A model generated the notes under the pieces. It had not been told where the DNA came from and made no database searches. It saw only the letters and a program-made list of their open reading frames with translations. Both the position numbers and the translations under genes were made by a program. A stretch of DNA of 64,000 nucleotides, from IMG/VR virus record IMGVR_UViG_3300031216_000010; one strand, 5' to 3'. This stretch comes from an uncultured virus (IMG/VR IMGVR_UViG_3300031216_000010) (lineage: Duplodnaviria; Heunggongvirae; Uroviricota; Caudoviricetes). Positions within the stretch are counted from its first letter, which is position 1, and each line of letters begins with the position of its first letter. Shown here piece after piece: positions 28,356 to 38,885 of this stretch.

Positions 28356-31300
28356 GTGGCATTTGGACCATTTGATAGTTACGCTCCCCCCGGAGCATAC
28401 ACAAAAACTAAAGTCCGTCAGGACACTTCTGGACCTCCTACTGGAAACCGTATCCCGGTTCTGGTTGGAGTAGGTCGGGAGACTCTTGCACAAGAGGACT
28501 CTGAGCTAGTCCGGGGATCTTCATCCTCAGTGGATCAACGAATTGTTAATGAGGACATGAACGATAGGTTCATCCTCGACAACTCGAACCCTGATAACCC
28601 TATTCTGGGTACAAAGACCGGTGCGGAAGCTCGGTTCCGTGTTCAGAACTTCCCCATCGTCGCAGGTGACGGTCGTGGTCAGACGACTACCGACCTGAAT
28701 GATGTGACGGTAACTGTTGATGGCGATCTGGTATCCCCCGCCGCTGTTGATGGTGCACGGGGTGTTATCACGTTGCAAGTTGCTCCTGAGGAAGGTGCGG
28801 ACGTTCGCATCACCTATTTCTTCAATCGCACGGACACGTCTTTCACCGATGACGTTTCGGATCAGGTCACTGATGAGCAGGCTATCCTGCTTTCGACGCA
28901 GGTGGAGACCTACGAGATTGTCTCAGGGGCGAATGTTCTTTCGCTCAATGTGGACGGTTCCGACGTGAGCATTACCCTTAATACGGGCGCTGCTCGGACA
29001 GCCAATAACGTGGCCAACGATATCAACGCTGCCGCTGTGGTGGGACTTACCGCCTCTGTGGACGCTGATAATCAAGGACAGAATCGCATTCAGTTGGCTT
29101 CGGACGGGTCGCTTACGGTCCTTTCCGGTACTGCCAACGCTGCGCTTGGCTTTGCAGCGGGTCAGACCTCAAATAGAAGACGACGGTTCTTCACTTACCA
29201 AGCTCCTATTGTAACGGGAGACAACGGCGGTATCACCACGACGAACCCCGCCGATGTGACGGTAACTGTTGATGGTACCGAAGCCACCGTTGAAGAAGTG
29301 GATGGTACCAACGGATCGGTTCTCCTCGCACAGGCTCCTCTCGTAGGATCGGAAGTTGTTGTTACTTACTTCCACAACACATGGCAAAATACGTTCGACT
29401 ACCTGCCTAATACCGGTATCGAAAGCGTCCAGCGTGTGGGAATTAGCCCCGGTCGAACTGACTACATCGAGGGCAACGATTACGTTGTTGACTCGAATGG
29501 TCGTATTATCTGGGGCAACGCTGTCACTGTAGAGTCGGCCCAGCATACCGCTGGTACCGAATTCTTCGATGACACACAGATCACTGCTTCGCTTCGTGAT
29601 GACCGCATCTTCTTTGAGGCGGTTGAAAAGCTCGTCGAACGGTCGGTGTCTCCAGCACAAGAATCGGATACCACTGTCGTTCTCGGTAACGTGCCGACAG
29701 TAGGAAACGGAAGCAACACGCCTCTGGATTCGGCTCTGTTCGCATCTCTATCAAATGATAGAGTGAGTCTGGGGACTCACCGCGCGGATCTGGTACTCGT
29801 CTATCACGGCTCCAATCTTTCTGAGGCTATGGCTGAGGGTCCGGTTGAAGTTGTAGACGTGAACCCGGTTAACCGTCAGGTTACGGTTGCAGACGCAATC
29901 CCGCCTGACCATAACGTATGGGCCACTTACTGGTACAACCGCCTCGCAGACGACGAACTCACTTTTGAAGTGCTCTCGCAGTCTATACCGGGCGTAGCAG
30001 GCCAGTACAGCATTCTGTCTTCCCGCTTGGGTGAGCAGATGCTCGGCGTAAGCTTCGGCACTACAGGCGTATCTGAGACTATCCAGTGGCCTTCTGGAGT
30101 AGAGTCCAACCCTGATGCTTTCCTTACGGGAGCTTCGGGGGTTAGTGAAGTGGTGACCATCACGTTCACCTCTGAGGGTGCTACCCCAGCCGTGTATACG
30201 AACTTCGAGACCGACCCGTACTCCTTGTACGCTAATGCCTCGGACACTCTCTATGTGAACGTCAGCAGTAACGACCTTACTGTGGACCTCAATCAGAGCG
30301 CCTTTGCTGTCATTGTCTCGGATTCCGATGCAGACGGCCTTTACACTGTAGCTACGGGCACAAACGACAGCTTTGAGTTTGAAGTAGACGGCACTGCTTA
30401 CACCACGACCTTCACGGCTGGTGCAGGCATTGCAGGTGCTACACTTGCAGAAGAAATCTGGAGAACGGTACCGACCACGGCTGTGGTTGATGGTACGGCT
30501 CAGGATACTGCTAACGGCGGCGCAGACTTTGTGATTGCAGGCCCTACAACATACAGTGTTGAACTTAACGGCACGACGTACACAGAAGCTGATACAGCAC
30601 TGGTCGGTGGCACATACGACGCAGCCGCAGCCGCAAGCGCCATTGAAACGGCTCTCGCTACTGCCTCTGGCCTGACCGCCGGTGATCTGAGCGTAGTAGG
30701 TAACGACTTTAATGTCGTCGCCAATGCCGATGGTACTGTGAGCATACAGGCTACGGACTCGGTGACGGTAAACACGACGGTCAATGGTGGTGATGAGCTT
30801 GATACGATCATCGGGTTTTCACCTCTTGATACACAACAGGTCAACACCAAAGTCGCACTGTACTCCAACAACCGATTCCTGCTTCGTTCCAAGGTGGAAC
30901 CTGCCGGACCGGGAGATGTTAGTGAGGTACGCACGCTTGACGGGTCGGCTAACGACCTCATCGGGTTCGCAAACTTCCAGACAGCAACGGGTACAGAAGC
31001 CGCAGTCAACAAGCCTGCAACACTTCTCAGCGGTGCAATTAGCTCCGCCGACATCGCCTCTCTTAACGCTTCCTCAGATTCGTTTGTGGTCGCAGTTGAT
31101 GGCGTAGAGTACACCGTACCTTACGATGGTGTGTCTGTTTCTTCGGTTGCCGACATTGCCACAGAGATTGACGGTATTATTTCAGGGACCGCAGTAGTGG
31201 AGGACACGGATAAGATTCGTATCACATCCAGTGTTTCCACCACCGCTTCTCGGATTGAAGTCCGCAACGGTTCTGCGAACCAGTACGTTGGCTTTGATAA

Positions 31301-32936
31301 CGGGGATGCCGCTTCTCAGCGTCAGGTTACAGTTGAAGAGGTGGTCGCTGTTCTTAACAGCGAAGCTGCTTCGGACTGGTATGCTCCGGCCTCAGGCACA
31401 GACTTCATCGCTTCGGCCTTCGCTGAAGCTTACGAAGTTACAGGTGAGGGTACCTACCTCCGCCTCACGACCTTCGGCACTGGCGCTACAGAATCCTTCA
31501 CGTTCTCGACGGGAGCGGATTCGGCCCTTAATGATACAGGCATCGGCATCGAGGCAGGTGATACTGCCGCAGGAACCGCTGTCATGGACGGCTTCACAGT
31601 AAGCTCAGACCGAGGAGCCGAAGGTTCCGCAGGTACGGGTATTGTAGGCCAGACATACACCGATGACACTACAGGGCTTCGTTTCACGATCCTCGAAGCC
31701 TCTGGTGGTGACTACACCGATACACAGAGTTTCACGCTCTTGGTATCGGACACGTTCGAGACTGGCGTATCTAACGTCGTTCGGGCGGTTCCGGGAGCCG
31801 AGATCAGTGTCTCGAATACTACTGACATCGGTGTCGGGGACACGGCACTCGTCCAGACGTACAATCAGTCTGGTTCGGAGCCGGGGATTGGTGATTTCTA
31901 CTATATCACCTACGAGTATGAGAAGACAGACTTCACCGCTTCTCTATTCACTCGCTTCCGTGATATTCAGTCCAACTTCGGTACACTGTCGGCTGAGAAT
32001 CCTCTGACACTGGCATCGTTCCTGACATTCCTTAACGGCGCTGCCGTTGTAGGTATCAAGCAGGTGGAGAAGCAGACTGGATTCGGTCAGGCGTCTTCTC
32101 AGGCGTACTTAGATGCTCTCCAAGAGCTTGCCCGCCCTCTGGCTGGTGGAGCTACACCGGACCTTCTGGTACCGCTTACAACAGATCCCTCAGTGTTGGG
32201 GGCTTATGTCCGCCATGCTGAGATTCAGTCGTCACAACGCTTCCGACAGGAAAGACGCTGCATCTTCGGTGTAGCATCGGGCACACGCCCAGATGACGCG
32301 GCAGCAATCGCTCAGGGTCTTAACTCTAAGCGTGCTATCGTAGTCTACCCCGACAGTGCGATTGTCACGCTCTCCAACGAGCTTGGTGATGAAGAGAACT
32401 TCATTGTCGACGGAACCTACATCGCCGCAGCACTTTCCGGTGTATTGGTAAGTCCTCAGTTTGACGTGGCAACACCTCTGACTCGACGACGCATTACAGG
32501 TTTCCGCCGCCTTAACCGCAGCCTTGACGAGGTGGAGAAAAACCGTCTCGCTGTTGCGGGTGTCACGGTCCTTGAAGATCGTGGAACCTTCTTGCAGGTG
32601 CGTGATGGTCTGACAACAAATGTCAGCAACCGTTTCACGTCCACGCCTTCCATTGTTGCAATCGAAGATTTCGTACAGCAACAGACACGAGCAACATTGG
32701 ACCGGTTTATCGGTCTTAAGTTCCTCACGTCAAGGTCGCAGGATGTCGAGGCAGCACTGAGTGGTCTTCTCAACGCCCTTGTGGAGCAGCAAATCATTGT
32801 GGACTTCCAAGGTGTTCGAGCAGAGCCGGATCAGACTGACCCGACTACACTTCGGGTGAGTGCTTTCTACGCACCGGTATTCCCGCTCAAGTACATCCCG
32901 GTCACCTACACGATTGGGGTCAGCGGTTCGCTTTGA
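28356..32936 (+). CDS. Contractile tail sheath protein (1526 aa)
   Basis: N-terminal YAPPGAY and C-terminal FIG...YAPVFPLKYI sheath-type ends with large inserted domains. Confidence 0.85.
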   Translation: MAFGPFDSYAPPGAYTKTKVRQDTSGPPTGNRIPVLVGVGRETLAQEDSELVRGSSSSVDQRIVNEDMNDRFILDNSNPDNPILGTKTGAEARFRVQNFPIVAGDGRGQTTTDLNDVTVTVDGDLVSPAAVDGARGVITLQVAPEEGADVRITYFFNRTDTSFTDDVSDQVTDEQAILLSTQVETYEIVSGANVLSLNVDGSDVSITLNTGAARTANNVANDINAAAVVGLTASVDADNQGQNRIQLASDGSLTVLSGTANAALGFAAGQTSNRRRRFFTYQAPIVTGDNGGITTTNPADVTVTVDGTEATVEEVDGTNGSVLLAQAPLVGSEVVVTYFHNTWQNTFDYLPNTGIESVQRVGISPGRTDYIEGNDYVVDSNGRIIWGNAVTVESAQHTAGTEFFDDTQITASLRDDRIFFEAVEKLVERSVSPAQESDTTVVLGNVPTVGNGSNTPLDSALFASLSNDRVSLGTHRADLVLVYHGSNLSEAMAEGPVEVVDVNPVNRQVTVADAIPPDHNVWATYWYNRLADDELTFEVLSQSIPGVAGQYSILSSRLGEQMLGVSFGTTGVSETIQWPSGVESNPDAFLTGASGVSEVVTITFTSEGATPAVYTNFETDPYSLYANASDTLYVNVSSNDLTVDLNQSAFAVIVSDSDADGLYTVATGTNDSFEFEVDGTAYTTTFTAGAGIAGATLAEEIWRTVPTTAVVDGTAQDTANGGADFVIAGPTTYSVELNGTTYTEADTALVGGTYDAAAAASAIETALATASGLTAGDLSVVGNDFNVVANADGTVSIQATDSVTVNTTVNGGDELDTIIGFSPLDTQQVNTKVALYSNNRFLLRSKVEPAGPGDVSEVRTLDGSANDLIGFANFQTATGTEAAVNKPATLLSGAISSADIASLNASSDSFVVAVDGVEYTVPYDGVSVSSVADIATEIDGIISGTAVVEDTDKIRITSSVSTTASRIEVRNGSANQYVGFDNGDAASQRQVTVEEVVAVLNSEAASDWYAPASGTDFIASAFAEAYEVTGEGTYLRLTTFGTGATESFTFSTGADSALNDTGIGIEAGDTAAGTAVMDGFTVSSDRGAEGSAGTGIVGQTYTDDTTGLRFTILEASGGDYTDTQSFTLLVSDTFETGVSNVVRAVPGAEISVSNTTDIGVGDTALVQTYNQSGSEPGIGDFYYITYEYEKTDFTASLFTRFRDIQSNFGTLSAENPLTLASFLTFLNGAAVVGIKQVEKQTGFGQASSQAYLDALQELARPLAGGATPDLLVPLTTDPSVLGAYVRHAEIQSSQRFRQERRCIFGVASGTRPDDAAAIAQGLNSKRAIVVYPDSAIVTLSNELGDEENFIVDGTYIAAALSGVLVSPQFDVATPLTRRRITGFRRLNRSLDEVEKNRLAVAGVTVLEDRGTFLQVRDGLTTNVSNRFTSTPSIVAIEDFVQQQTRATLDRFIGLKFLTSRSQDVEAALSGLLNALVEQQIIVDFQGVRAEPDQTDPTTLRVSAFYAPVFPLKYIPVTYTIGVSGSL

Positions 32937-32975
32937 ATGGATAGGAAACACTAAAGCCTTGAATGGATAGTGGGT

Positions 32976-33014
32976 AAAGCCCCCGGAGCCTGTTTGCTCC
33001 GGGGGCTTTCTTTT
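32976..33014 (+). terminator. Rho-independent terminator
   Basis: AAAGCCCCCGGAGC-loop-GCTCCGGGGGCTTT then CTTTT. Confidence 0.9.
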
Positions 33015-33016
33015 GG

Positions 33017-33045
33017 TTGACCCGTAGCGAGGGGTTGGTTACTAT
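33017..33045 (+). promoter_or_regulatory. Sigma70-like promoter
   Basis: TTGACC-N17-TACTAT at the start of the accessory region. Confidence 0.6.
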
Positions 33046-33144
33046 CACCTCTGTGGAAACCTTTATCCTTATACTGCTTTTGGTACCCTACATCGTCATT
33101 ATAGGTCTACTGGTGTACCCGCCTTTCCGCCGCCTTCTACCGCA

Positions 33145-33705
33145 ATGGCCCTCCCCCCTGTGCTATTAGAAACAGATGAGCGTGAGCTAGAGGCTCGGCT
33201 TACGGAAGACGAAGAGGCTCTGGCCTTATTCGACCAGATGCTACAGTCTCATTCTGTTGACGTATCCAGCCAAGTACGAACAGTTGAAAAAATTAGCTCT
33301 ACCACCAAAAGGCACTTAAACCGTTGGGTTGAGTGGTTAGTTCTTAACACCGCTCAGGGTAAAGTAGATTGGCTCATCAAGGAGGATAGGTGTGAGGCTT
33401 CCTCAGTAGGTCAGAGTTCAAAAAAGAACTTCACGGATGCTCTCAGCACCTTTATAGATGTGGGAGATGCTAGGTTTGAGATGACTCTTTACCGGGAGTT
33501 TAGGCGGGACAGGCAAATGCTGTGCCCTGTAATCCTACACCTCAGGGTGGAACAGCTTCAACCGGACTCGTGGTATATCTATGGCACGGTAGAAGGTAAT
33601 AGAGAACTCAAAGACGAGATATTTAGCCACTTCAAATTACAAGCAGTTCAGGGTGCGTCTGTGCACCGGATGCAACAAGTCGAGAACCAACTACTAGGAG
33701 ACTAA
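33145..33705 (+). CDS. Hypothetical protein
   Basis: 186-aa ORF. Confidence 0.6.
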   Translation: MALPPVLLETDERELEARLTEDEEALALFDQMLQSHSVDVSSQVRTVEKISSTTKRHLNRWVEWLVLNTAQGKVDWLIKEDRCEASSVGQSSKKNFTDALSTFIDVGDARFEMTLYREFRRDRQMLCPVILHLRVEQLQPDSWYIYGTVEGNRELKDEIFSHFKLQAVQGASVHRMQQVENQLLGD

Positions 33706-33709
33706 CCCT

Positions 33710-34042
33710 ATGATTGACCTGAAAACGAAAGACCTCTACACCACCAACCTCCCTTCGATGGAGGTTGGGAAGGACCATGAAGGGCGCATCTGGGTACTCT
33801 TTCAGACAGAGGAAGGTGTTTACCTAACTGCGGGCGCTTCGACCTCTTGCTATGATGAACTGGTAAACAAGCGCATGACGCTCGGCGCTTTTTTTGCCGA
33901 ACCGGAATCTGGATATGCTTACGTGATCCGATTCCGTGATGAAGATAGGCTCGGGGCACACCTCGAATCTCTAGACGCTAAGACATCAAGGGAGCGCATT
34001 CTCTCCTATGTAGGGGAATACGCTTCCCATTATCTCAACTAG
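33710..34042 (+). CDS. Hypothetical protein
   Basis: 110 aa; AGGAG RBS. Confidence 0.6.
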   Translation: MIDLKTKDLYTTNLPSMEVGKDHEGRIWVLFQTEEGVYLTAGASTSCYDELVNKRMTLGAFFAEPESGYAYVIRFRDEDRLGAHLESLDAKTSRERILSYVGEYASHYLN

Positions 34043-34115
34043 ACACTCTTGACAGACAGGTCAGTTGTCTGCAATATGGCGACCTACCGGTGATATTACC
34101 CTTACGGAGAGCAAA

Positions 34116-35762
34116 GTGGCTCAGAAAAAGACGATTCTATTTGATGACAAAGCCTTGAACCGATTAGGCGCAGGCGTGAATACCTTGGCCGATGCGGTCA
34201 AAGTCACACTCGGCCCACGTGGTCGGAATGTGGCTTTGGACAAGAACTTCGGGTCTCCCAACGTAACCAAAGACGGTGTGTCGGTCGCACGGGACATTGA
34301 TCTTGAGGACCATTTTGAGAACATGGGCGCTCAGGTCATTAAGGAAGCTGCCATCCGAACAGCGGAAGAGGCTGGAGACGGCACCACCACTGCCACGGTT
34401 ATTGCCCAAGCTCTCTTCAACAACACACGCAAGCTTGTAACCGCAGGTTTGTCTCCTATCCCCTTGAAGCGAGGCATGGATAAAGCTGTGTTGGAGGGTG
34501 TCAATTACCTCCACCATCTTGCCAAGCCTATCTCCAAGGCAGAGGAAATCAAATGGGTTGCCTCTATTTCATCAAACGGCGATGATGCGCTGGGCGAACT
34601 CATCGCAGAGGCGATGGAAAAGGTAGGCAAGGGCGGCGTCATTTCTGTTGAAGAGGGCCGCTCCACTGAAACCACCTTGGAGTTCACTGAGGGGATGCAA
34701 CTAGATCGTGGCTACATCCACCCAGACTTTGTGCGTGGCGAGGAGAGTGGTACTCTCTCTTACGAGAACCCTCTTTTGCTCATTGCAGATGAGCGAGTGT
34801 CGAGTGCACAAGACCTTCTCCCGGTGATGGAGTACGCCGCTTCTCAGCGTCGCCCTCTTGTTGTTATCGCCCACGATGTAGAAGGCGAAGCAATGATGAT
34901 GCTTCTGTCTAACCACGCCCAAGGGACACTCAAGAGCCTTGCAATCAAGGCCCCACGCATCGGGGACAAGCGGACAGCCTTGCTTGAAGACCTTGCTATC
35001 CTAAGCGGCGCAACTCTCGTCTCTAAAGAGCGCGGCAATACGCTTCAAAGCCTCCACCCGCAGCAGCTTCTTGGAGGGTGCGATTCGGTATCTTGTGACA
35101 AGAATCGCACCACTCTTCTGGGTGGTGACGCTGATTTGGAAATCATTGAAGACCGCATCAAGACATTGCGGTCGCAAGCTAAAAGTGCCGGTTCCCCTCA
35201 TGACCAAGAACACCTCCAGAAGCGCCTGTCACAGCTTGGTGGAGGTATGGCCGTGATTCGTGTTGGGGCCAACTCGGAAGTGGAACTCAAAGAGTACAAG
35301 GCTCGTGTAGAAGATGCCCTGTCAGCTACCAAAGCAGCGGTCGCTGGCGGAGTTGTGCCCGGTGGCGGTTGCACCCTACTGGAGGTCAGCGCCCTGCTTA
35401 AGGATATTGCTTCCGACCCCAACACTGTCTTTGCCTCTATTGAAGAGCGAGAGGGGTGGTTGTTGGTAGCTTCTGCGGTTGAAGCTCCGTTCCGCCAGAT
35501 TGTCAAAAATGCGGGACTGTCCGCAGACGTACTCTTGCATCAGTATCGCACAGCCTCCGAAGAACGAGGCCAGAACGACTTGGTGTACGATGTCAATGCG
35601 GAAGAAATCCGACCTTGCTTTGAGGCCGGTATTGTTGACCCGGTATTGGTAGTGGAGCAGAGCTTTACAAACTCTGTTTCGGTTGCATCTACGCTACTGA
35701 CTACATCATGTGCTATCGGGTTCTCGTCTGATTCCAACAAGGATGACGAAGACGAGAACTAA
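34116..35762 (+). CDS. groL: Chaperonin GroEL
   Basis: VKVTLGPRGRNV, TKDGVSVA, AGDGTTTAT, EGMQLDRGY motifs; GTG start after GGAG. Confidence 0.95.
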   Translation: MAQKKTILFDDKALNRLGAGVNTLADAVKVTLGPRGRNVALDKNFGSPNVTKDGVSVARDIDLEDHFENMGAQVIKEAAIRTAEEAGDGTTTATVIAQALFNNTRKLVTAGLSPIPLKRGMDKAVLEGVNYLHHLAKPISKAEEIKWVASISSNGDDALGELIAEAMEKVGKGGVISVEEGRSTETTLEFTEGMQLDRGYIHPDFVRGEESGTLSYENPLLLIADERVSSAQDLLPVMEYAASQRRPLVVIAHDVEGEAMMMLLSNHAQGTLKSLAIKAPRIGDKRTALLEDLAILSGATLVSKERGNTLQSLHPQQLLGGCDSVSCDKNRTTLLGGDADLEIIEDRIKTLRSQAKSAGSPHDQEHLQKRLSQLGGGMAVIRVGANSEVELKEYKARVEDALSATKAAVAGGVVPGGGCTLLEVSALLKDIASDPNTVFASIEEREGWLLVASAVEAPFRQIVKNAGLSADVLLHQYRTASEERGQNDLVYDVNAEEIRPCFEAGIVDPVLVVEQSFTNSVSVASTLLTTSCAIGFSSDSNKDDEDEN

Positions 35763-35784
35763 TCCTCGGGGCTTGAGGATGACC

Positions 35785-35815
35785 ACCGCCTATCTCCTTG
35801 AGGTAGGCGGTTTTT
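35785..35815 (+). terminator. Rho-independent terminator
   Basis: ACCGCCTATCTC-loop-GAGGTAGGCGGT followed by T tract. Confidence 0.85.
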
Positions 35816-35934
35816 CGTTCTTGTCGTGCGGTACGGGACGTGCCTTCGCTTGATTTTTTTGATAACTCTGTTGACTAGGGGTATATAGTATTGTAGGGGC
35901 CGCAATCGGTGGCCCCAAAGACGGGACTATACCC

Positions 35935-38172
35935 ATGAAGAAGATCATTATACTCGCTGCTGTCATGACCCTTTCCGCTTGTGTGGAGGAACCCCCTTCC
36001 ACAGGGTACTCCCCACCTCCCAAAGAAGACATAGGGATAGACGTAGATGCGGGGGTACCCGAGCCATCGCGCCCTGATGCGGATAACAGTACAGATGCGC
36101 TTAACAGCACAAACGGCGACTCCGGCATTGATGTTGGGACTGACTCTGGGACTGACTCTGGCCCCGATGCTACCGAGGATATGGCTTTTCCTGACCCCGA
36201 CTTGGGAGCAGACGCAGAAACTTGTGAAGAGACTACCTACTACCCTGATAATGACGGGGACGGTTATGGTACTACCTTGTATCCAAGGGACGCTTGTACC
36301 CAGCCCGAGGGTTATGTGGTAGTCGGAGGGGACTGTGATGATACCAACTCCGATGTCAACCCTTCTGAGGAAGAAACTTGTGACGGTGTTGATAACACAT
36401 GTTCGGGGTCGGAAGACGACGCAATAGACCTACAGACGTTCTACAGGGATTTAGACGGGGACGGATATGGGGATGCCTCTTCACCCCTAGTTGCTTGTTT
36501 TCAGCCGGAAGGTTACGTCGCTACGACAGGGGACTGTGCTGATGACCCCAACGAAGACCCAGCAGCGATTGGGAAAAATGAAGGCATACCCGTTTCTTGT
36601 GGTTCTGTGGGCGATTGGGACTGCAACGGTATTGATGATCGGGTTGAAAACCCGGCAACACGGCACTACTGCGACAGGGACGGGGACGGTTACGGGACGG
36701 CAACACAGAGCGCCCTCATTTGCCCTGCGACGCCACCGACCCGGTGTTCGGGCACTTGGGTAACTTCTCAAGGTGACCTTGATGAGACGGACGCCACGGT
36801 ATACCCCGGCGCTCCTGAAGCCTGTGATGGGGTCGATAACAACCAAGACGGGACTGTGGATGAGAACTGTTCGTGTGTTGCGGGGGCATCGGAATCTTGC
36901 GGGTCTGATATAGGTGCGTGCGTCTCCGGCATTCGTACATGTGACTTGAGTGGGACTTGGGGTACGTGCTCTCAGGGTTACATCCCACCCACTACTGAGG
37001 TTTGCGACGGTGCTGACAATGACTGCGACGGCCAAACGGATGAAGGTCTTGGTGTGGGGTTGTCTTGCAGCACAGGTCAAGATGGGCTGTGTTCTGTCGG
37101 AGTCCAAGAGTGCTTAGGGGGCCAAGTCATTTGCGCACCCTTGAACACTAGCCAGCCAGAGACTTGCGACGGGTTGGATAACGATTGTGACGGCCAAACG
37201 GATGAAGGTCTGCTTCAAACTTTTTACAGGGATGAGGATGGTGACCTTATCGGAGTAGAGGACCCTGCACTGAATGTAGAGTCGTGTTCTGTACCACAGG
37301 GCTATGCTGCGGGATATGGCGACAACTGCCCAGCGGTGTCCAACCCTTCTCAGTTGGACTCTAATCAAAATGGGTTCGGTGATGCGTGTGAACCCTGCGG
37401 TGATGGTGCGGTAGCCGTAGGGGAAGCCTGCGACGACGGTAATGCCGTTTCAGGCGATGGATGCTCTTCCACTTGTCAGTTGGAGAGCGGTTATGTGTGT
37501 GACCCTGAGGTGGGGTGTACAACGCCCTGCAAAGAGTACGTGGGTCGTGTACTCATCTATGTTGATGAGCCAACTCCTGTTCCCAACATCCCGGACAACA
37601 GTGTTCAGACCGGAGTTCAAATCTTGGATACGCATTGCTCCATTGACGGTCAACTGGACATTAGAACAAGCCGGTCGGGTGACCTTACCCCTATTATCAA
37701 TGGTCTTTCGTCCACGCCTCTAAAGGTTAAGAGCATTCGGACCATCTTCATTCAGGCCGATGCTGTGCGTACCGTAGACGGCCTAGAAAACCTGCTCTAC
37801 ATCCCTAATGGTATACGTATCCGGTGGGATGGGTCCAACAACTACCTCAACGATACCTCCCATTTTCACAACGTCAAAGAGGTGGGTTATATCACTCTGG
37901 ACTCTAACACAACCAATCTGTACAATGCCGATGGTCTCCAGACGTCAGGCCACGCTCCTTGGGAGTCTTTGGAGACTGTGAATGCCAAGATGCGCATCTT
38001 TCGAGTAGGCTCAGGTGGTACGCAACCTTATGGTTTTTTTGCAGACTTCCCGGCGCTAACATACGTCAACACCTTGGAGATTGGGAATTCGTCCCTGACC
38101 CCAACCCAAGTCTGCGACTTGGTAGCTTTATCTTCAGTGGTCTTTGCGAGCAATGGCGTGACGTGCCCTTAA
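35935..38172 (+). CDS. Myxobacterial-type Cys-rich lipoprotein (MopE-like, TSP3-like and Myxococcus Cys-rich repeats)
   Basis: Lipobox LSAC; repeated YxDxDGDGYG and ExCDGxDNxCDG; DNCP..NP.Q.D...G.GDAC; CGDG...EACDDGN...GDGCSSTC. Confidence 0.85.
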   Translation: MKKIIILAAVMTLSACVEEPPSTGYSPPPKEDIGIDVDAGVPEPSRPDADNSTDALNSTNGDSGIDVGTDSGTDSGPDATEDMAFPDPDLGADAETCEETTYYPDNDGDGYGTTLYPRDACTQPEGYVVVGGDCDDTNSDVNPSEEETCDGVDNTCSGSEDDAIDLQTFYRDLDGDGYGDASSPLVACFQPEGYVATTGDCADDPNEDPAAIGKNEGIPVSCGSVGDWDCNGIDDRVENPATRHYCDRDGDGYGTATQSALICPATPPTRCSGTWVTSQGDLDETDATVYPGAPEACDGVDNNQDGTVDENCSCVAGASESCGSDIGACVSGIRTCDLSGTWGTCSQGYIPPTTEVCDGADNDCDGQTDEGLGVGLSCSTGQDGLCSVGVQECLGGQVICAPLNTSQPETCDGLDNDCDGQTDEGLLQTFYRDEDGDLIGVEDPALNVESCSVPQGYAAGYGDNCPAVSNPSQLDSNQNGFGDACEPCGDGAVAVGEACDDGNAVSGDGCSSTCQLESGYVCDPEVGCTTPCKEYVGRVLIYVDEPTPVPNIPDNSVQTGVQILDTHCSIDGQLDIRTSRSGDLTPIINGLSSTPLKVKSIRTIFIQADAVRTVDGLENLLYIPNGIRIRWDGSNNYLNDTSHFHNVKEVGYITLDSNTTNLYNADGLQTSGHAPWESLETVNAKMRIFRVGSGGTQPYGFFADFPALTYVNTLEIGNSSLTPTQVCDLVALSSVVFASNGVTCP

Positions 38173-38205
38173 TCCACTTGTAGGCTCCGGCAGTAGGAGG
38201 CTTGT

Positions 38206-38508
38206 ATGATTGAGTTTGACGCAAGCGAGGCTTGCTACTATATCCGTTTAGAGACTAGGGCGGAATATCTGAATCTCCTCTTCCTGCCCGGAAGAGGCGA
38301 GAGTGCGAATGAGGCACTGACGAACTTGTTTGGACAGTTCGGAAAGTCCTGTGGTACGATAACGTACTTCGATGTACTGGAAGAGTGCCTTGTGACGCTC
38401 CGGTCGAAGTCCTTTAAGGGCTTGAAGGTTTTTTTGTATGACAATGAAGCACCGTATCAGGGCCTGTATATGGGCACGCAATTCTCGGAGCTATTGGAGA
38501 CTGAATGA
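38206..38508 (+). CDS. Hypothetical protein
   Basis: AGGAGG RBS. Confidence 0.6.
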   Translation: MIEFDASEACYYIRLETRAEYLNLLFLPGRGESANEALTNLFGQFGKSCGTITYFDVLEECLVTLRSKSFKGLKVFLYDNEAPYQGLYMGTQFSELLETE

Positions 38509-38885
38509 GTGTTCTAAAGTGGACAGCGCCCCATCGGTCACAACCTGCCACCGTTCGTGAGGTGGTGACTCTCTTTAAGTTTGAGCCAACGGACGAGGGT
38601 TTTCTGGTCCGAAAAATCGAGGCCGGGACGCATTGGCGGGAGGTCAAGATCAAGGTCAAATCTAAAGAGGTCATCTTCTACGTGCATAAGGAAGAGGAGT
38701 CTACTACTGAGATTTACTTTGAGTACCTGTTCGAGTCAGGCTTCATTTTTGGGCAGATAGCTAACGCTCTACAGAACCTCCCCCAGCGTGGCGTCGATGA
38801 ACCCGACGAAGATGACGAAGATGATGACGAAGATGATGACGAAGATGATGACGAAGAAGACTCAATGGAGTTAGAGGGAGACTGA
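38505..38885 (+). CDS. Hypothetical protein with acidic tail
   Basis: ATGA overlap; EDDD tandem repeats. Confidence 0.6.
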   Translation: MSVLKWTAPHRSQPATVREVVTLFKFEPTDEGFLVRKIEAGTHWREVKIKVKSKEVIFYVHKEEESTTEIYFEYLFESGFIFGQIANALQNLPQRGVDEPDEDDEDDDEDDDEDDDEEDSMELEGD

